DNA of 64,000 bases from Phallusia mammillata (taxonomy: Eukaryota). The notes under the pieces are model-generated. The model worked only from the letters and a program-made list of their open reading frames with translations. It was not told where the DNA came from and did no database searches. This document shows, piece by piece, positions 1 through 13,379 of the stretch (position 1 is its first letter; each line of letters starts with the position of its first letter). The position numbers and the translations under genes are program-made. Location of the stretch: NCBI GenBank assembly GCA_965637545.1, contig OZ281496.1:16306001-16370000 (forward strand). Direction: 5' to 3'.

Positions 1-289
1 TTCTAAAAATCTAATTAGTACTACCACTCTGTCACTGCATACGGGCGCCACTGTAACATTTACCTCGGAAGTTTGACGGAAAAAGCTTTTTATTGTCGGC
101 TGCTTACTCATGATTCTGTTGGCTTGATTTTAAAGAATAAACTTTGGAACATCAACGTCTGATCATTGACTTACCTTGCGTCTATGACGTAACACTATGC
201 ATTCGGGTAAATAATATATTGTAGAGAGGGCAGTAAAAGAACAAAATATATTTAATTTGCAAATCTTGCTTGTGACGTGGTTGGGAATG

Positions 290-342
290 CAAATACGCGG
301 GGAGGCGGCGCCTCCCCGCCTCCCCGTAAGTGGGCGCCAGTG
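290..342. mobile_element. hAT-like terminus that interrupts the LINE RT
   Basis: End reads CACTGGCGCCC on the minus strand, with a GC-rich subterminal hairpin (GGGGAGGCG/CGCCTCCCC). RT homology stops exactly here, after AFDTVNH. A similar end (CAGTGGCGCCCG) lies at 42-53 in the same orientation. Confidence 0.5.
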
Positions 343-1173
343 GTTCACAGTATCAAAAGCTTTTGCTAAATCGAGAAAAATAGTACACGTGTGGAGTCTC
401 TTCTCCAATGCTGAAATTATTCTGTTGTGAATTTCTGCCACTGTTAGAGTTGTTGAATGAAGTGGTCTAAAGCCGGATTGAAATTTTGTTAATATTTTAA
501 ATTTGTTCAGATAAGTTGTCATGCGCTCGTAAATAATTTTTTCAAATATTTTTGAAAAGGTTGGAAGAAGTGATATTGGTCGGTAGTTGCCCAATTGTTT
601 GGAACAACCACCTTTGAACACAGGGATAACTTTGGCAACTTTAAGGCAATTCGGAAATGAGCCAGCCTGTACTGATTCATTAAACAGTGTACACAAAATC
701 GGTGCGAGGGAAGGAGCTGCTAGCTTAATCAGATGAATGGGAATGTTGTATGGGCCTGTTGCTTTCTTTGAGTCAAGATCATGAATGGTGTTGTACACAT
801 CCTGTATGTTTATATCATAAAATTGGAAGGAATTTGGAGTGGGATGTTTAAGATATGTCTTTGGCAGGGTTGTTGTGGTTCTAATCTGTGATGCCATATC
901 AATGCCTATGTTTGAAAAATGCAAGTTGAAAGTGTGTGCGATGTCTGTTGGATTGGTGAGTGTGTTATTTTGATAAACTATCTGAGTTGCTTGTTGAGAT
1001 GCAACATGCTTGCGCGAAATAATTTTGTTGATGAGTTGCCATGTTTTTCTAGTGCTATTGCGATTTTGGTCAAATGACTTTTTGAAGTAGTTTTGCTTTG
1101 CACATCTTATAACAGTTTTTAGCTTCTTTGCATATTGCTTATATTTGTCACTTACTTTGCCACTCGCTAACAC
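343..1173 (-). pseudogene. LINE ORF2 reverse transcriptase, N-terminal half
   Basis: KATGPYNIP, KVAKVIPVFK, NYRPISLLPTFSKIFEK, QSGFR, FLDLAKAFDTVNH motifs; truncated before the YADD motif. Confidence 0.92.
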
Positions 1174-2191
1174 TGTTTATAAAGTTTGTTTTTCTTTTTT
1201 ATTGACAATAAGATTTCTTTACTGAACCATGGTTTTATTTGTTTTGCAGACTTTCTGATGGATTTAGATAAGGGGGCATGATGGTTAATTACTTGTTGGA
1301 AAGCACTAATTAAGTTTTCAAACTTTTTATCTATGGATTGATGAAGGTTAATCCTGTCTATACATGTGCTGTACACATCACATAAAAAGTCGTCGATGTT
1401 AAAATGTCTGTAATCTCTGGTAAGTTGTGTCTTTTTCGATTGTACCAGACTGCAGTTTTTTACTATGGTAAATAATGGCAAATGGTCAGATATATCAAAA
1501 GAGACCAAACCTGGTATAATTATGTCATCAGTATTGTTCGTATAAATGTGGTCAATTGCTGACATTGTGTTAAAGGGTGAAATATGGGAAGGAATCGTAA
1601 TTATCAATTTTGCACTCAGACTTGTTGTCATTGATTTATATTGTTGTATCATAAATGTGTTAGATAGGGTATTAATGTTAAAATCACCAAGGATATAGTA
1701 CTTGTCATTTTTTTTGTTTAATTTAAACAAACATGCCTCAAAGTTTGCAGAAAACGATAAGATATTTGGTCCAGGATGTCTATATATAACACCAATCACC
1801 ATTGTTTTATTGTTGTTTAGCTGCAGCTCAATCCAGAGATTTTCACATTTTGGCATGTTAATGTGATAATGTTCTCTGTAACTTGGTACAACAAATTTGC
1901 CCTGATATATAATCCAACACCTCCTGCTTTTGTTGGTGAGTCGTTATGCAGAAAGGTGTATCCATTTAATGATATGTTAGCTGTAGTGTTTGCATGTAAT
2001 TTTGTTTCAGTTATTGCTATTACATGTGGCTTAACATCAGCTGTTTGCAAAAATTCTTCCAAGATATGTAAATTGCACACAAGACTTCTAACATTGAAGT
2101 GAAGTAGTGTCAGGTCAGAAGTGGTTGTTGTCTCTATTAGCATTTTGAACTCTTCCATGTTTAAGCATTTTGATTCTTTAACATTAGTCAT
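1167..2191 (-). pseudogene. LINE ORF2 apurinic-like endonuclease (split by frameshifts)
   Basis: HFNVRSL, IAITETKL, GGVGLYI, GVIYRHP, LGDFNIN, IDHIYTN and ISDHLP motifs across ORFs 1817-2191 and 1167-1856. Confidence 0.9.
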
Positions 2192-2353
2192 ATTACTTTC
2201 AGGGTGTTTTGTTTCAGGTTATTGTACGATACATTAAGGAATGAACATAGTAACATTGAAAAAAAAAAATTACAAACTGAACACAGCAACAAGCAAAAAA
2301 AAACAAACAACAACATAAAGAGTACATACTGACTTGTATTACCAGTTGGTGCT

Positions 2354-3056
2354 TCAGGACATTTCTGCTGATGGCGAAATCTTGTGTTTCATCATGTCCG
2401 CTGTATTGTGGACTGCAATAGTGGCAGATGTTTCATTCTTTTTCATGAGAATGGTTCCATTTCTTGTCCATATAAATTTGAATCCATTTTGCCTTTTAAA
2501 TTGAAGGCATTGGTAGAACATTTTTTTATTTGCTTTTGTCAAACTTTCATTTATGTAAATCCGTGGTTTGTGTGCATCAGCTTCAGACACCCTTGCTTTA
2601 AACGATTTTGACCGATTGTTAAACATTTCGTCCTTTATTTTTCTGCTTGCAAACTTTACAATAATAGGTGCAGAAGATGTGTTTTGGTCTTTCTTTTGTG
2701 AGAGTCTGTGGGATACACAAATGTTTTCCTTTTTAAGTGTGATATCCAGGCGTTTTGCAACAGCAATGACAATTTCATCTGTGCATTCATTGTTATTGTG
2801 TGGGACTCCTTTTATTTCCAAGCAGTCTCGTCTGCTGTATTGTTCCAGTGCATTAATTTCATTTTTATTTTTCTCTATGTCCTTTTTCATCTGCTTCATT
2901 TCCTCTAAAGTGTATGTTTTCTTTTTTGATGGTTTTTAGTTCGTCTTCTGTGCTGAGAAGCTTCTTTTCAATAAAATCATACTTACTAGACAAAAATGTT
3001 TGGCTCTTTTTTATGATTTGCAGCTCATTCAAAACAGAATTTAGTTTTGAGGACAT
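2354..3056 (-). pseudogene. LINE ORF1 (coiled coil plus FP25K/L1-transposase-like domain)
   Basis: LEQYSRRDCLEIKGVP, SHRL, PIIVKF, IYINESLT, KFIWTRNG; coiled-coil N-terminus in the adjacent frame. Confidence 0.85.
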
Positions 3057-3604
3057 TTCATCTTTATTGTGACTAATTTGTGAAAGCAGTACATCGACTT
3101 TGTCTGATAAGTTGCATTGGAAGTTGTATGTTTCTTCGGCGTGACGGGTGACATTATTTCGATTTTTCAGGTTTTAAATTATTTTTATTCAACTTATACA
3201 CAACCTTATTGAACCTATGCGTTTTGCCAACGAGGCAAACATCACCTGATTCAAATAGAAAAATTTCAATTATTGAGCAGGTCATAATGAAGAATTTTTC
3301 TCACATAATCAAGGAAAGTGGCCCGGTGGTGGAAAAAACTTTCCATAAAAATCTTCTTTCGTTGCACAGTCAATTAATCTGGCAATGTCATCTTTTAAAA
3401 CCTTTATTCAAACCTGGAGATTTTACCCATTGTTCCACATCTTTTATTACGTATTTTGTACACATTTGTCTGCCGAGAAAATGTTTTATTGAAGCACTTT
3501 GGTCGGACACTTGGACCACCGGACTTCGTCAAACCGATTGCCAAATGAATGTCTCTTCAAAATTCTCGATGATGGTTTGAAGCGCGTATTCTAAGGTACT
3601 AAAG

Positions 3605-5052
3605 CAGGCGCGGGCAACATACGGCCCGCGGACAGTTTCCGATCTTACATGATAATGTGGCCCGCGGCCACAGTCCGCCGCAATCCCCCACTACTTGCTT
3701 ACTATGTCAAATTATAGTTGTAACGGACAGTAACGCTCACCAACAGCCAAAAACTTTCCTGTCGTTGTTACCATTGCACATTTGTGTGTGGTCCGCTTTC
3801 ACGGTTTGCTTTGTTTCCACACGTGTAGCCTAGCTAGTGCTTCAGCAGCATCTAAGTTTGTGGTTTGTGCATTAAATTTGCTGTGGTGAATAATTTTATG
3901 TTATATCAATTAAATTGTTTGGACTGTATTGCAATTGTGACGTTCTTGGTTGTATTTGGTTTATTAGGTGGCGAATATCCGCATCTGAAACTGAGACTAT
4001 CTTATTCTGCCAATCAAGAGACGACTGTAAGGTAGAATTGGCAAAAAAGCTTGAATTCTACAATAGTGATTGTTAGTTCTTTTTTCTGTGTGTTTTTCGA
4101 TTCTTTGTTTTTTAAATTAATTTAGAATTTACAGTAAGTATTTTCCCATGGATTTTAAAAGAAACGTAAAGTTGACAATGAGTGTCGCGAATTTAACAAA
4201 GATTGGATGCCCAACTACTTTTTCACACAAGTTGGCAAGAAAGCAGTGTGTTTGCTGTGCAATGAAAGTGTTGCCGTGTTTAAAGAGAAATGTTCTCAAC
4301 AGTGAAGGCATTCAGGGTGAAGCTAAAACTGTTTTCTCGCCAGCTCAGTCAGAATATCACAACACACTTTCCAACACTAAAAACTATGGCACCCCAGATG
4401 ATGATAACTGAGAAGTACACTAATATTATATCTTCACTAGACAATGAATTTGGTCGTCGTTTTGCGGACTTTAAGAAACTTTCTACTGATATCTTGATAT
4501 ATCATCCTTTACAACTGACTTTGAAAAGGTGCCGGATGCTCTACAGCTGGAGTTAATTGATCTGCAGTGTGACTCTTCCCTGAAAGAGAAATTCCAATCC
4601 GCAAGCATTGACAAATTTTATGCGTCACAAAAACCAAGTTTGCCAACTTGAGAAAGATGGCAATGAAACTACTTGTTCTGTTCGGGTCAACATACATTTT
4701 CGACCATGAACATTAACAAGACAAAGCTGCGTTCCAATCTAACTGATGTTCACGTTCAGTCTTTACTAAGGGTTTCTACGTCCTTCATGTAGCCAGAGTC
4801 CAAAGAACTTGTTGACAACTTTGATCGGCCACAGATGTCTCATTGACTTAAACAGCTATTGAAGTACATCACAGTAAAAAATTCATTAAATACTGTTTTT
4901 ATGCTTTAAACATAAAGTTTACATTAACTACGATTTATTCCTTGTATAGGTGGATAAATACGCGATTAATGTACCGATTTAGGAATCCGGGCCGCCAAGT
5001 ACTCCATGTTCCCAAAATCAGGCCCGCCGACTGGAGAAGTTGCCCGCCCCTG
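3605..5052 (+). mobile_element. Internally deleted hAT (SPIN/Charlie, GTF2IRD2-like transposase)
   Basis: 14-bp TIRs CAGGCGCGGGCAAC/CAGGGGCGGGCAAC; 8-bp TSD TACTAAAG/TACTAATG. Transposase N-terminus (KRKVDNECREFNKDW..AVCLLCNESVAVFKE) is joined to the C-terminus (LQLELIDLQCD, LFGSTYI, KLRSNLTD). Confidence 0.92.
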
Positions 5053-5445
5053 TACTAATGTATACTCGTCATTTGAGAACTTTCGCTTCTGTGATTTTGT
5101 GCAAATTCAGCATTCACTTTGCTTTCTGTCTGCATGTCATCATGAGTTTTTAACGGTCGTTCTGTTTCTGCTTTATGTCACATTTGTCCATTACTGTTTA
5201 CATTAAGCAAATTTAAAATAAGCGTAAGCGTGACTATTGACTGGAAAAGTGGTACAAGTTGCGACAACTCAAGTTAAAAATCGCTGTTTTGAAAGCAAAG
5301 TAAATAAGCAACTGACAAGTGCGCTCTAAAAGTAAGTTGAAACAGAAAGTAAATATAGTTGGAAGTGTCGCATTTACTTCTTGTTTTTCAGAATGTGACG
5401 TAATTTTCTAAATTGTTTGGTCTATTGTCGTAATTCGCATGTAAT

Positions 5446-6250
5446 TTAAGCGCAATCGACTACACAAAAAAACAAAATAAACACCTCCAGTAAAAGAGCG
5501 TTCAGCTTCAACACTAGTGGGAGGAAATCCTGGGACCTGCCTTGGAGCGCTTCAAATTCGCCTTGTGAAAAAGACACAAATCGATCGCTGGATAAAATCA
5601 TCGGCAGGTCCGTGTCGTATTTCGTCAGGCTTTGTTCTAACGGCTTCTGCTGCACGGTTGAGACGCGACGGGATCTGTTTAATCGCATTCATCGAAGTTT
5701 TCCTGCAGGAATCGTATAAAAAAATCCTTTTTTCTGGGTCGTAAAAGAGCTTGGGCTTGTGCAAAAAATTGGGGTTCTATGCAAAGGTGTACAAACATCA
5801 AAGCTTTCCCGGACCTTTGTGGTTTTAACATCGCAATTCGGACTCTTCCGGTTTTCTTTCAACGTTTACAAGTCATCGATGTTCGACGTGTCGTCAGCAA
5901 TTATTCAACGAGGATTTTTGTCTATTACAGCAAGATCGAGGGCACGAGCAAAACACTGCTAGTGCTCGGCCTGAGAAAACTTTCCAAATTTTACCATTAG
6001 CGCGGCACCGTCGATTACACAGTCAAACATGTGCTTTTGAATATCCAACCCGAAGTCACTGAGATGTTTGGTAACAAGTTGGAGATTTCAGCAGATGAAC
6101 TTTTCTCGACCTGTACCGACGTCAATCCCGGTCGATTTTTCCTCTCAATCAGCTAAAAATTTGGCTTCGAAATCCACATGAGAATTAGGCATTAAAACCC
6201 CACTGTTTATTGAAGCGTCTTGACCGTTAGCTTTTAACGCTGAGTTGACT
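5446..6250 (-). pseudogene. hAT (Ac-like) transposase remnant
   Basis: With frameshifts: KHLSDFG-LDIQKHMFDCVIDGAALMVKFGK, QCFARALDLAVID (CxxH region) and NCDVKT (DxxTRW-like). Confidence 0.65.
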
Positions 6251-6829
6251 TGCTCAACAACTCAGAAACAACATGTGACAAAAAAACAAAACGCAACCTG
6301 TTAAAACATAAACATACCGCTTTGGCTTTTATCTAGCAGATATATCCTCAACCAGCTGAACACTGTTAAAATAGGCCTGGAACTCGGAGGGTTGGAGGAT
6401 TGTTAATTAATGGCGCTAACCGGATGGAAATCATGAAGTCGCGGTATGTATTACTATTCAGACAATGATACACGAAACCGGTCAAATCGGCGTTATTCGG
6501 CGGGCAGTACACAACACATGACACATTTAGCCGTGTGGTTGCACGACACACCACACTCTTCATACAACACGCGTGTTGTCTGGACTCCAGAGCTACACGG
6601 CACATTTTGCAGAACGGAGCAGTACATAAACAATAGGAAACAACTTTATTAGTAAAGGACAAAAAGAAAGGAACGCAGAACATGAAAAAGAAACTTGAGC
6701 AAAAAAAATCAGAGCCAGTATATTTGTGTAGAACATAACTACGTTTCGACAAGTGCTATTTTCATCGTCAGGTTATAAGAAATAAAAGCGACAGAAGGCA
6801 CGCAAACGGGTGTATCCGACGCAAAGCAC

Positions 6830-7400
6830 GACCGCTAGATATTACACAAGTAGAGTGGGTGTTGATTCCTGGTCTTTGTTCAATTACGGGTGATGTTGTT
6901 GGATGAATATTTGTATCGGTTTTTATGCTGCTAAAACATCTGGGTCGGAAAAGTTAACGCAGTGGGTCGGGTGTTCTTGGAGGTGCGAGCAGACGTGTGA
7001 CTTTGTACTGTACTGTTGGAGTGTTCTATTACACGTGTGCACATGTTGTGTCGGGTTTGACCAATGTATGAGCAATTTAGGCGATAAACCACATTAGATC
7101 GAGACATTGTTACCGGTGTTCTTTGATGGGAAAAAGGCGTTGTTGTTTGTTTGCGGATTTTCCCTTTGCCAATGCGGTCGATAAACTGGCCCAGTTCCTT
7201 GCGGACTTGATGGGAAACTGGCCCTAGAAACGGGTGACGCATTACCTCGGCAGGGGTTAATTCGGCTGGAGGTTTGTCCCGGTAGAGTGTTTCTTGTTGA
7301 GGAATCGTTGCACACACTTGTCGATAGAATGACCGGAGAAGGGGACCTGTTTGATTTTCTTGACCTCGGTGTCTATTATGCTGTAGGAACTGGCAACAAT
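6830..7400 (-). mobile_element. Penelope-like retroelement 3' fragment with GIY-YIG endonuclease
   Basis: RSNVVYRLNC-SYIGQTRHNMCTRVIEH (GIY-YIG), preceded by RT-thumb-like IDKCVQRFLNK and HPFLGPVSHQVRKEL. Confidence 0.8.
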
Positions 7401-7949
7401 AAAAAAGAAACACAGTGAATAGAGAAAAAAAAACATCAAAGAAAAAACTGAACACTACACGTAAAAAAATGAATATTCATTTGTAAGTAGTTAAACATGC
7501 TGCCTTAAATGGGGTCTTCCAGAATGAATAAAAAGTTCTTAAATTCTTGGGGGTACTTGATATTAAAGCAGTAGTGGCATGCAAACCATAGAGTTAAGCA
7601 ACAAAGATTGAACCATTATTCAGTTCAGCGATGCCCACAGCATGCACACATAAAAAGCCTGTAGTCGTTAAGAACTATGCAAGGATACTGTGAAATTTCT
7701 CCAGGATGGTTCTGTCAAAAAAATACCCAATTATACAACATGTCTCGAGAAACACACAAATTGTAAAACTTTGTATCGCATGGAAACAAACGTATTTTAG
7801 AACTATATGTACACTTACATCTTATATTTACCAAGAAAAAATGCTTTTGCTCTGCTTCTGAGCAACTTTTTTATCTGCGTACCTAAGCAGAGCTAGCATT
7901 GGTTGGTCCGATGGTTTCCTTGTCGTCCGGCACACTTATTGCTTCACTT

Positions 7950-8520
7950 ACCTTTGGAAAGCTGCCAAACAACATATGTTACCATGTAAAAAATTGAAAA
8001 CCGAACGAGCAACTACGCTTTTGGATCTTCGTTCGGTCGCCCCTCTTGGAATATCTTGTTGGTACGTTTGCGTATTCGGGGATTGCTTCATGATTCTACG
8101 TTCAATGTGCAGAAATTTCAGCATTACATTTAGTTCTTTATTTACATAGGGATAAACTTGCTTGAACATTCTTTTAGCACAGTACATTCTTTGCCTAGTG
8201 CTTCTGCAATGAAACAATTTTGTTCCAAATGAACCTTCAGCGAAGTGTTTTTGGCTAAGGCAGTAGTTGACAACTATACCCGCAGGATGTGGTACCAACA
8301 CAGGCTGTTTTTGCTGACAACTCCAAAAAAGGTGAAATTGGATTTGATTCTATACAGGTGGGACAGAATGGTCATATCCACTCAAGACAAACCCTAAGCG
8401 GAAACCTAGGTATGATCGTCTCAGATCACCCTGGAACAATTAGGAAACTGTTTGATTCGACGAAATTACTTCAAAGTGAATACGCGTTCCAATGTATGCC
8501 ACTGCAAAATACCTGCCATA
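7950..8520 (-). pseudogene. Highly degenerate hAT transposase remnant
   Basis: Across shifted frames: HWNAYS (TRW-like), FTFFGVV..WYHILRV, RIRKRTNKIFQEG..R.SIFY; many stops. Confidence 0.4.
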
Positions 8521-8587
8521 CAAGATACAACGTGGTATCTCATTTTCATTTCATATAATTTGCAGGGTTCAAGCCGTTAGACTAAGC

Positions 8588-9074
8588 CAGTGGTGCACAA
8601 CCTTTTTGCTAAGACGGCCGCATTGCAGATCCTTATTTCACCCACGGCCGCCAATTACCTGCTTGTTTTGTGTTTAAATTGATTATGTGAAAATAGGGCT
8701 TGTCCCACATACATAAACCATCTAATGGCGTCCAAAAAGGCCTGATAATTTTTAAAACTTGATCCACAGATTGAGCTAAACAGTCTGATGACCGGTCTGA
8801 GCTATTTAAGACGTCACAATCTATATTGTGACGCAAGAGGTGACTGTTTATTTGCATTGTTTGCACACAATAGGCGTATATAAAGTGTAATGCACAGGGT
8901 TACCAGGCTGGTAATATTCTTTACACTCTTACAAAATCGATTTAGAGCAGTTTGCAAGTCAAAATATTAAGCAAAAGAGTTTTTTTTACGTCACGGCCGC
9001 CAGTACATATATTTTAATAAACATGTTCACGGCCGCACAAAATCGTCAACTCGGCCGCAGGTTGTGCACCCCTG
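8588..9074. mobile_element. hAT MITE, 487 bp
   Basis: 15-bp TIR CAG(T/G)GGTGCACAACC; perfect 8-bp TSD GACTAAGC. Confidence 0.95.
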
Positions 9075-10054
9075 GACTAAGCGGTAGTTCTTAGTTTTTA
9101 CATTTTATTACCTATAGGTGTTAGCAATCGAGTTTCTGTTAAACATGTTTTCTTGATCATTCAACACCATTTTTTGGCCAATTGGAGTTTTAGGTTGGTA
9201 TCTGCACTAGAAATTATTGGCTTAACTTACGGCCCAAAATTGGTTCAGTCATCGTAACTTCAAGCCAATTTTGGAATGTCGAGTGAAGATCACATTTCGA
9301 TTATTGTTTGCCAGTACAAAGTTTGGACTCGTTGAAAGTTTGGATTTTAAATATATTTGTCTTACAATAAGCTGTTACATAGTACATCTAAAAACAATGC
9401 CGTAACAATCATCAACATAAGACATAAAAATGTTTCTGCTTTTATTTCTAGTCCGCGCATGTTTTGTTAGCATAACCTATTGCAAAAAAGTTATGCCTTT
9501 ACTACTTCTTTACAAATCACGCAAATTGCAAAAATCAAGCCATTGTCTAGGCACACCAAGTACAAACACAACTTTCACTTCAATAGGCTAGTTTTATAAT
9601 CATTTGAATATTTTATAATCTTTTTATTCTTATTAACACTAAATGACGTTAATCTACGCCGTTTTCAAACAGCCCTAAATACCGTTTTCGAATCGTGGGT
9701 ACCGTCCCGCTCGCTAGCAAACAAGGACGCGCGCCTGCCCAAAATGTCCAAAAAGTGTTCACTTTTGACCCCAATATCTCGAACCAAACAAAGCTGAACA
9801 GAAAAATTTGAAAATAACACTATTTTGGTTTCGCAGTACATGTCTATTGGTTTCCCTTGCGTAACAAGGTAATCGCGACTCTCGCCGGAGCCAGATCGAT
9901 GAGTACCTTCGGTTTCCTGAAGTACGAGTAGCTCAACCAGTGAAGGCCGGACCATTTGAGAGCCATTACTATGTTTTTTTCCCCTTTTGCTTGACAAGAA
10001 TCACTGATAATATTTATTATTAACCATTAAATAATCAATTTTATTTAAACGTTT

Positions 10055-11167
10055 GGTACAATGCATTTGTCACAGTACCAGACTTCATTTTTGTCACAAA
10101 CACTATTTGGAACTGTTACCTTTACACAGCCAGGGTGGTACCATTCATTACATCTGTCGCATTCAGTATAAAACTGCTTGTTGTCAGCTAACCTATACTT
10201 GCAGTAAACTGGAATCTCATAAGGAGTCCCTGATGCGCTTTGTAATTGCCGGTCCAGAAATTATTTCGTTCGGAGAAACTTTTCTGTTTTCCAGCCACTT
10301 TCCAATCATCTCGCGCAAACTCGCCTCCTCAAACACCGCGTCTTCAGGTTGCATACCGATGCAAATCGCAGCAGCAAATGCTATCCCGAACGGACCGCAG
10401 TTTCCTGATCCTGCTCTCTGTCGAGATACATTGGGGAAAACACAATTAATATATTTGTTGTTACAGGTAATAAAATGGGGAGTTGTTCTATCTTGTATGT
10501 TGTGTTACCACCCCACTATCGTAAATCATAACAGTGGAGTCATTGTCTGAAAATACACTGGACGCAGTAACCCAGTGATTGCCCTGGACATTTATGATTT
10601 GAACAAATTTTTGCTGAGGTGTGTGAATAGGGGACCTGAAAACGCCAAACAACTTTGCAAGCCTCCAATATGAGGAAACTGCTCAGAAAGAATGTTCATT
10701 GCTGAGTCTATATGGTTATCAACAAGCCAAGTTTTGTTCCTTTTTACATCCACCAGTCATCTGACGTTAAAGAAAACTTTGTTGCACAACAGCGCCGAGC
10801 TAAACCTTTTGTTAATTGTCTTAATTTTTTTTGCATCGTTATTTCGCTGAACTGTTGAGCGTAAGCAGTCCCGCAGGAACACTGCGGGATATTGCATATA
10901 CTTTTCCATGCTTTTGTCTGGAGCTGTGAGCCTACTTCGTTTATGCCTCATTTCTTTAGCTTCTCTTGATTCTGTTCTTATCCTTATACCACCTTTGTAC
11001 TCGCGAACCAACCCAAGATGACTGTCTGAATAAACATGTGCTAACTCATGTAAGCCTTTAAATATTGTTTCTTGACACCCAGTCCTTTTCAATTCCTGTT
11101 GACTTTTTTCCATTACGCCTTGCGTTCGATTGTGTTTGGTAAAACTCTGTTCAGTTCTTTTCTGCAC
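10055..11167 (-). pseudogene. Ulp1/C48-like cysteine protease followed by a PHD finger (frameshifted)
   Basis: WLVDNHIDSAMNILSEQFPHIGGLQ; QIINVQGNHWVT (His); MIYDS (Asp); QRAGSGNCGPFGIAFA (Gln/Cys); then WYHPGCVK...WYCDKC (PHD second half). Confidence 0.75.
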
Positions 11168-12049
11168 TTCATTGTAAAAATCAGAATAACCTTTAAAAAC
11201 CTGAGTTTCACCGCGTCGAACTGTTTGACTTTTTTAGCATGTTTCTAAAAAATTTGGAATATAACGACCCTTTACAAAACCGTAAATTTTGTCCCAATCG
11301 CCTGGCGGCAAAACAAATAAAGTTTTGGTCCGCTAATATGTCTGAAGGGGTCCAAAAACTTTACATCACACTTAGACTGAGTATTAGTGTCAACAAACTC
11401 TGGACTGTTACTATCATACTGCGATTCTTTTACTCTTGTGTTGCCAAACACGTTTTATACATTTTGCTTTCGTTTGTATTTTTTTTCTTTGACATTTTTT
11501 TGTTGTAAATAAATTTGACAAGACTTTCCAAGTTTGAATAAGGATTAACATCTGTAATATTCAAACTAGCTGCCACAACTTCTATTTCAGATTTGGGTTA
11601 TTTCTTATCAATTGGCCCCACCAATTAATCGAACATTTTGAACAGCACAAACCTTATTTGAAGTTGTACTCCTTAATGGTGTTGTTTATGGCGACGGTGT
11701 GGTCGGTGTCGATGTTGTCGAACGGCTTGCTGAGCTGCTTGGTGGTTGTGGGCTGCTCCTTAGTGGTAAATGGCTTGATGAGCTGCTCCCCGGTGATGAC
11801 GTTGGTGTCGGGGTTTTTGTAATCTGTTGAGTTTTTTTAGGTTTTATTATTTTTTTCAAAAGCAACTTATTATAAAAACTTACCCGGGGTTTTACCAACG
11901 GTCTTGTTGCCTGGCCATAGCTTTGGCGGACCGCCGTTGCCTTATTTTCTGGGTATCTGATACCGGCAAATCAGACAACGCAGGAAAACCGTCGGAAAGT
12001 GATACCTGAGTTTATTTTCTAACTAACTTCGGAAATGTTGGTGGTGTAA

Positions 12050-12840
12050 TCCGTTCCTCAAGCTGCCGCAAATAAACGGTCAGTCCATCATCGGAGAGGT
12101 GAACCTTGTCGTACCACAGCTCGGGTGTTTGGTACAGCGAGGTCCTAATACGTGACTTTGCTTCTACTTGCAGCCTCACGAATTGCCAGGTTTACAAGGG
12201 GAATAAAGCCACGCTTTTGCTGAATTCCACAACAGTATACCTATATTTACAAGATTTAATAAAAAGCGAAAACAAAAACTACATCCCAGTGTCCCAATGG
12301 CACGACAAAAACTGAAACACGGTACATTATTAAGTTACGGAACCCTGACCAAATGTGCAGGAATACAGACCTATACAATACAGAGATTTTGTATCCATGG
12401 AGGTTTAAAAGGCGTTTACTGGAGATGAAGTTAATTAGCAACTTGGTTAACGAAACCGGTTATACAAGAAAAAACGACCAAGGTACAAAAAGAATATGTT
12501 GTCCATTCCACACTGACCTTTGCATGGGTGTACAACGATTTGGTGCAGTTGATCAGCCGAAGAATATCCCCGAAAATCTTTCTGACCAACCAACGCCACT
12601 TGTTTCTAACTGTAAACGCTTCCCTTGGCCAAATCCACGACGTCGACGTTTCGAATTGGGGGACGATTTTGCAACTCCGTGATTCCGTGTTCAATGGTAC
12701 CACCAGGGATGGTAACAGCTTCAAAACGAAAAACAAAAAGGTTTTACCACAGGACAAACTAAGTCCGGTGCGTTGTTGTCCGAAACGAACAGTACGCAGC
12801 TCTTCTCTTCTTTTCTGGTTCCAGGCACCAGCCATTTAAC
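12050..12840 (-). pseudogene. SGNH/GDSL hydrolase-like gene, copy 1 (spliced, degenerate)
   Basis: Block I-like VLFVSDNNA, block II-like AVTIPGG, VDVVDLAKG, DILRLINCTKSLYTHAK followed by a GT donor, VNLAIREAASRSKVTY, and block V-like YDKVHLSDDG. Confidence 0.65.
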
Positions 12841-12844
12841 CTCC

Positions 12845-13345
12845 CTATCGCAAATCATGTCATTGTCTGAAAATAAATTGGACGCAGTAATCCAGTGATT
12901 GCCCTGGACATTTATGATTTGAAAATTTTTTGCTGAGGTGTGTGAATAGGGGGAAATGTGTTCGTACAAACTGAAAACACCAAACAACTTTGCAAGCCTC
13001 CAATATAAGGAAACTGGTGAGAAAGAATGTACATTGCTGAATGTTTCATGTTTACATCCAATAAGTCATTTGACGTTAATGAAAATTGTGTTTCCCACTT
13101 TGTTGCACAACAGCGCTGTGCTAAACTCGATTGTTCGTGATCACATAAACATTTTGTTAATTGACACTAATTTTTCTTCCTTATTTCGCTGTTCTGTAGA
13201 GCCTATGTATTCCCACAGAGACACTGCCGGTGCCGGAGCTTTGAGCCTACCGTTTTTGCCACTTTCCTTAATTCTGTTTGTTTCGCTTCCTCTTTTCTCC
13301 TATCACAATCCATATTTGTACTCGCGAACCAACCCAAGATGAGTG
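12845..13345 (-). pseudogene. Second, truncated copy of the Ulp1-like region
   Basis: Nucleotide homology to 10520-11035 (HLGLVREYK...QIINVQGNHWITASNLFSD); stops abruptly at the start of SGNH copy 1. Confidence 0.75.
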
Positions 13346-13379
13346 GTGGTGTGTGTGAGGTCAGTGCTGGTTTTGGTTT

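Larger units (their letters stand above)
343..3200 (-). mobile_element. CR1/L2-group (Crack/Daphne-like) LINE, frameshifted, 3' part lost to insertion
   Basis: Colinear ORF1 (2354-3056), APE endonuclease (1167-2191) and RT (343-1173) on the minus strand. Confidence 0.9.

Noticed and set aside
7948-8301. Protein-kinase-like motif (FAEGSFG) in a 117-aa ORF
   Set aside because: No VAIK, HRD or DFG motifs follow, and other frames of the same strand fit a decayed hAT transposase better.
9665-9997. 110-aa ORF downstream of the PHD finger
   Set aside because: No recognisable motif; the sequence looks like non-coding TE subterminal DNA.
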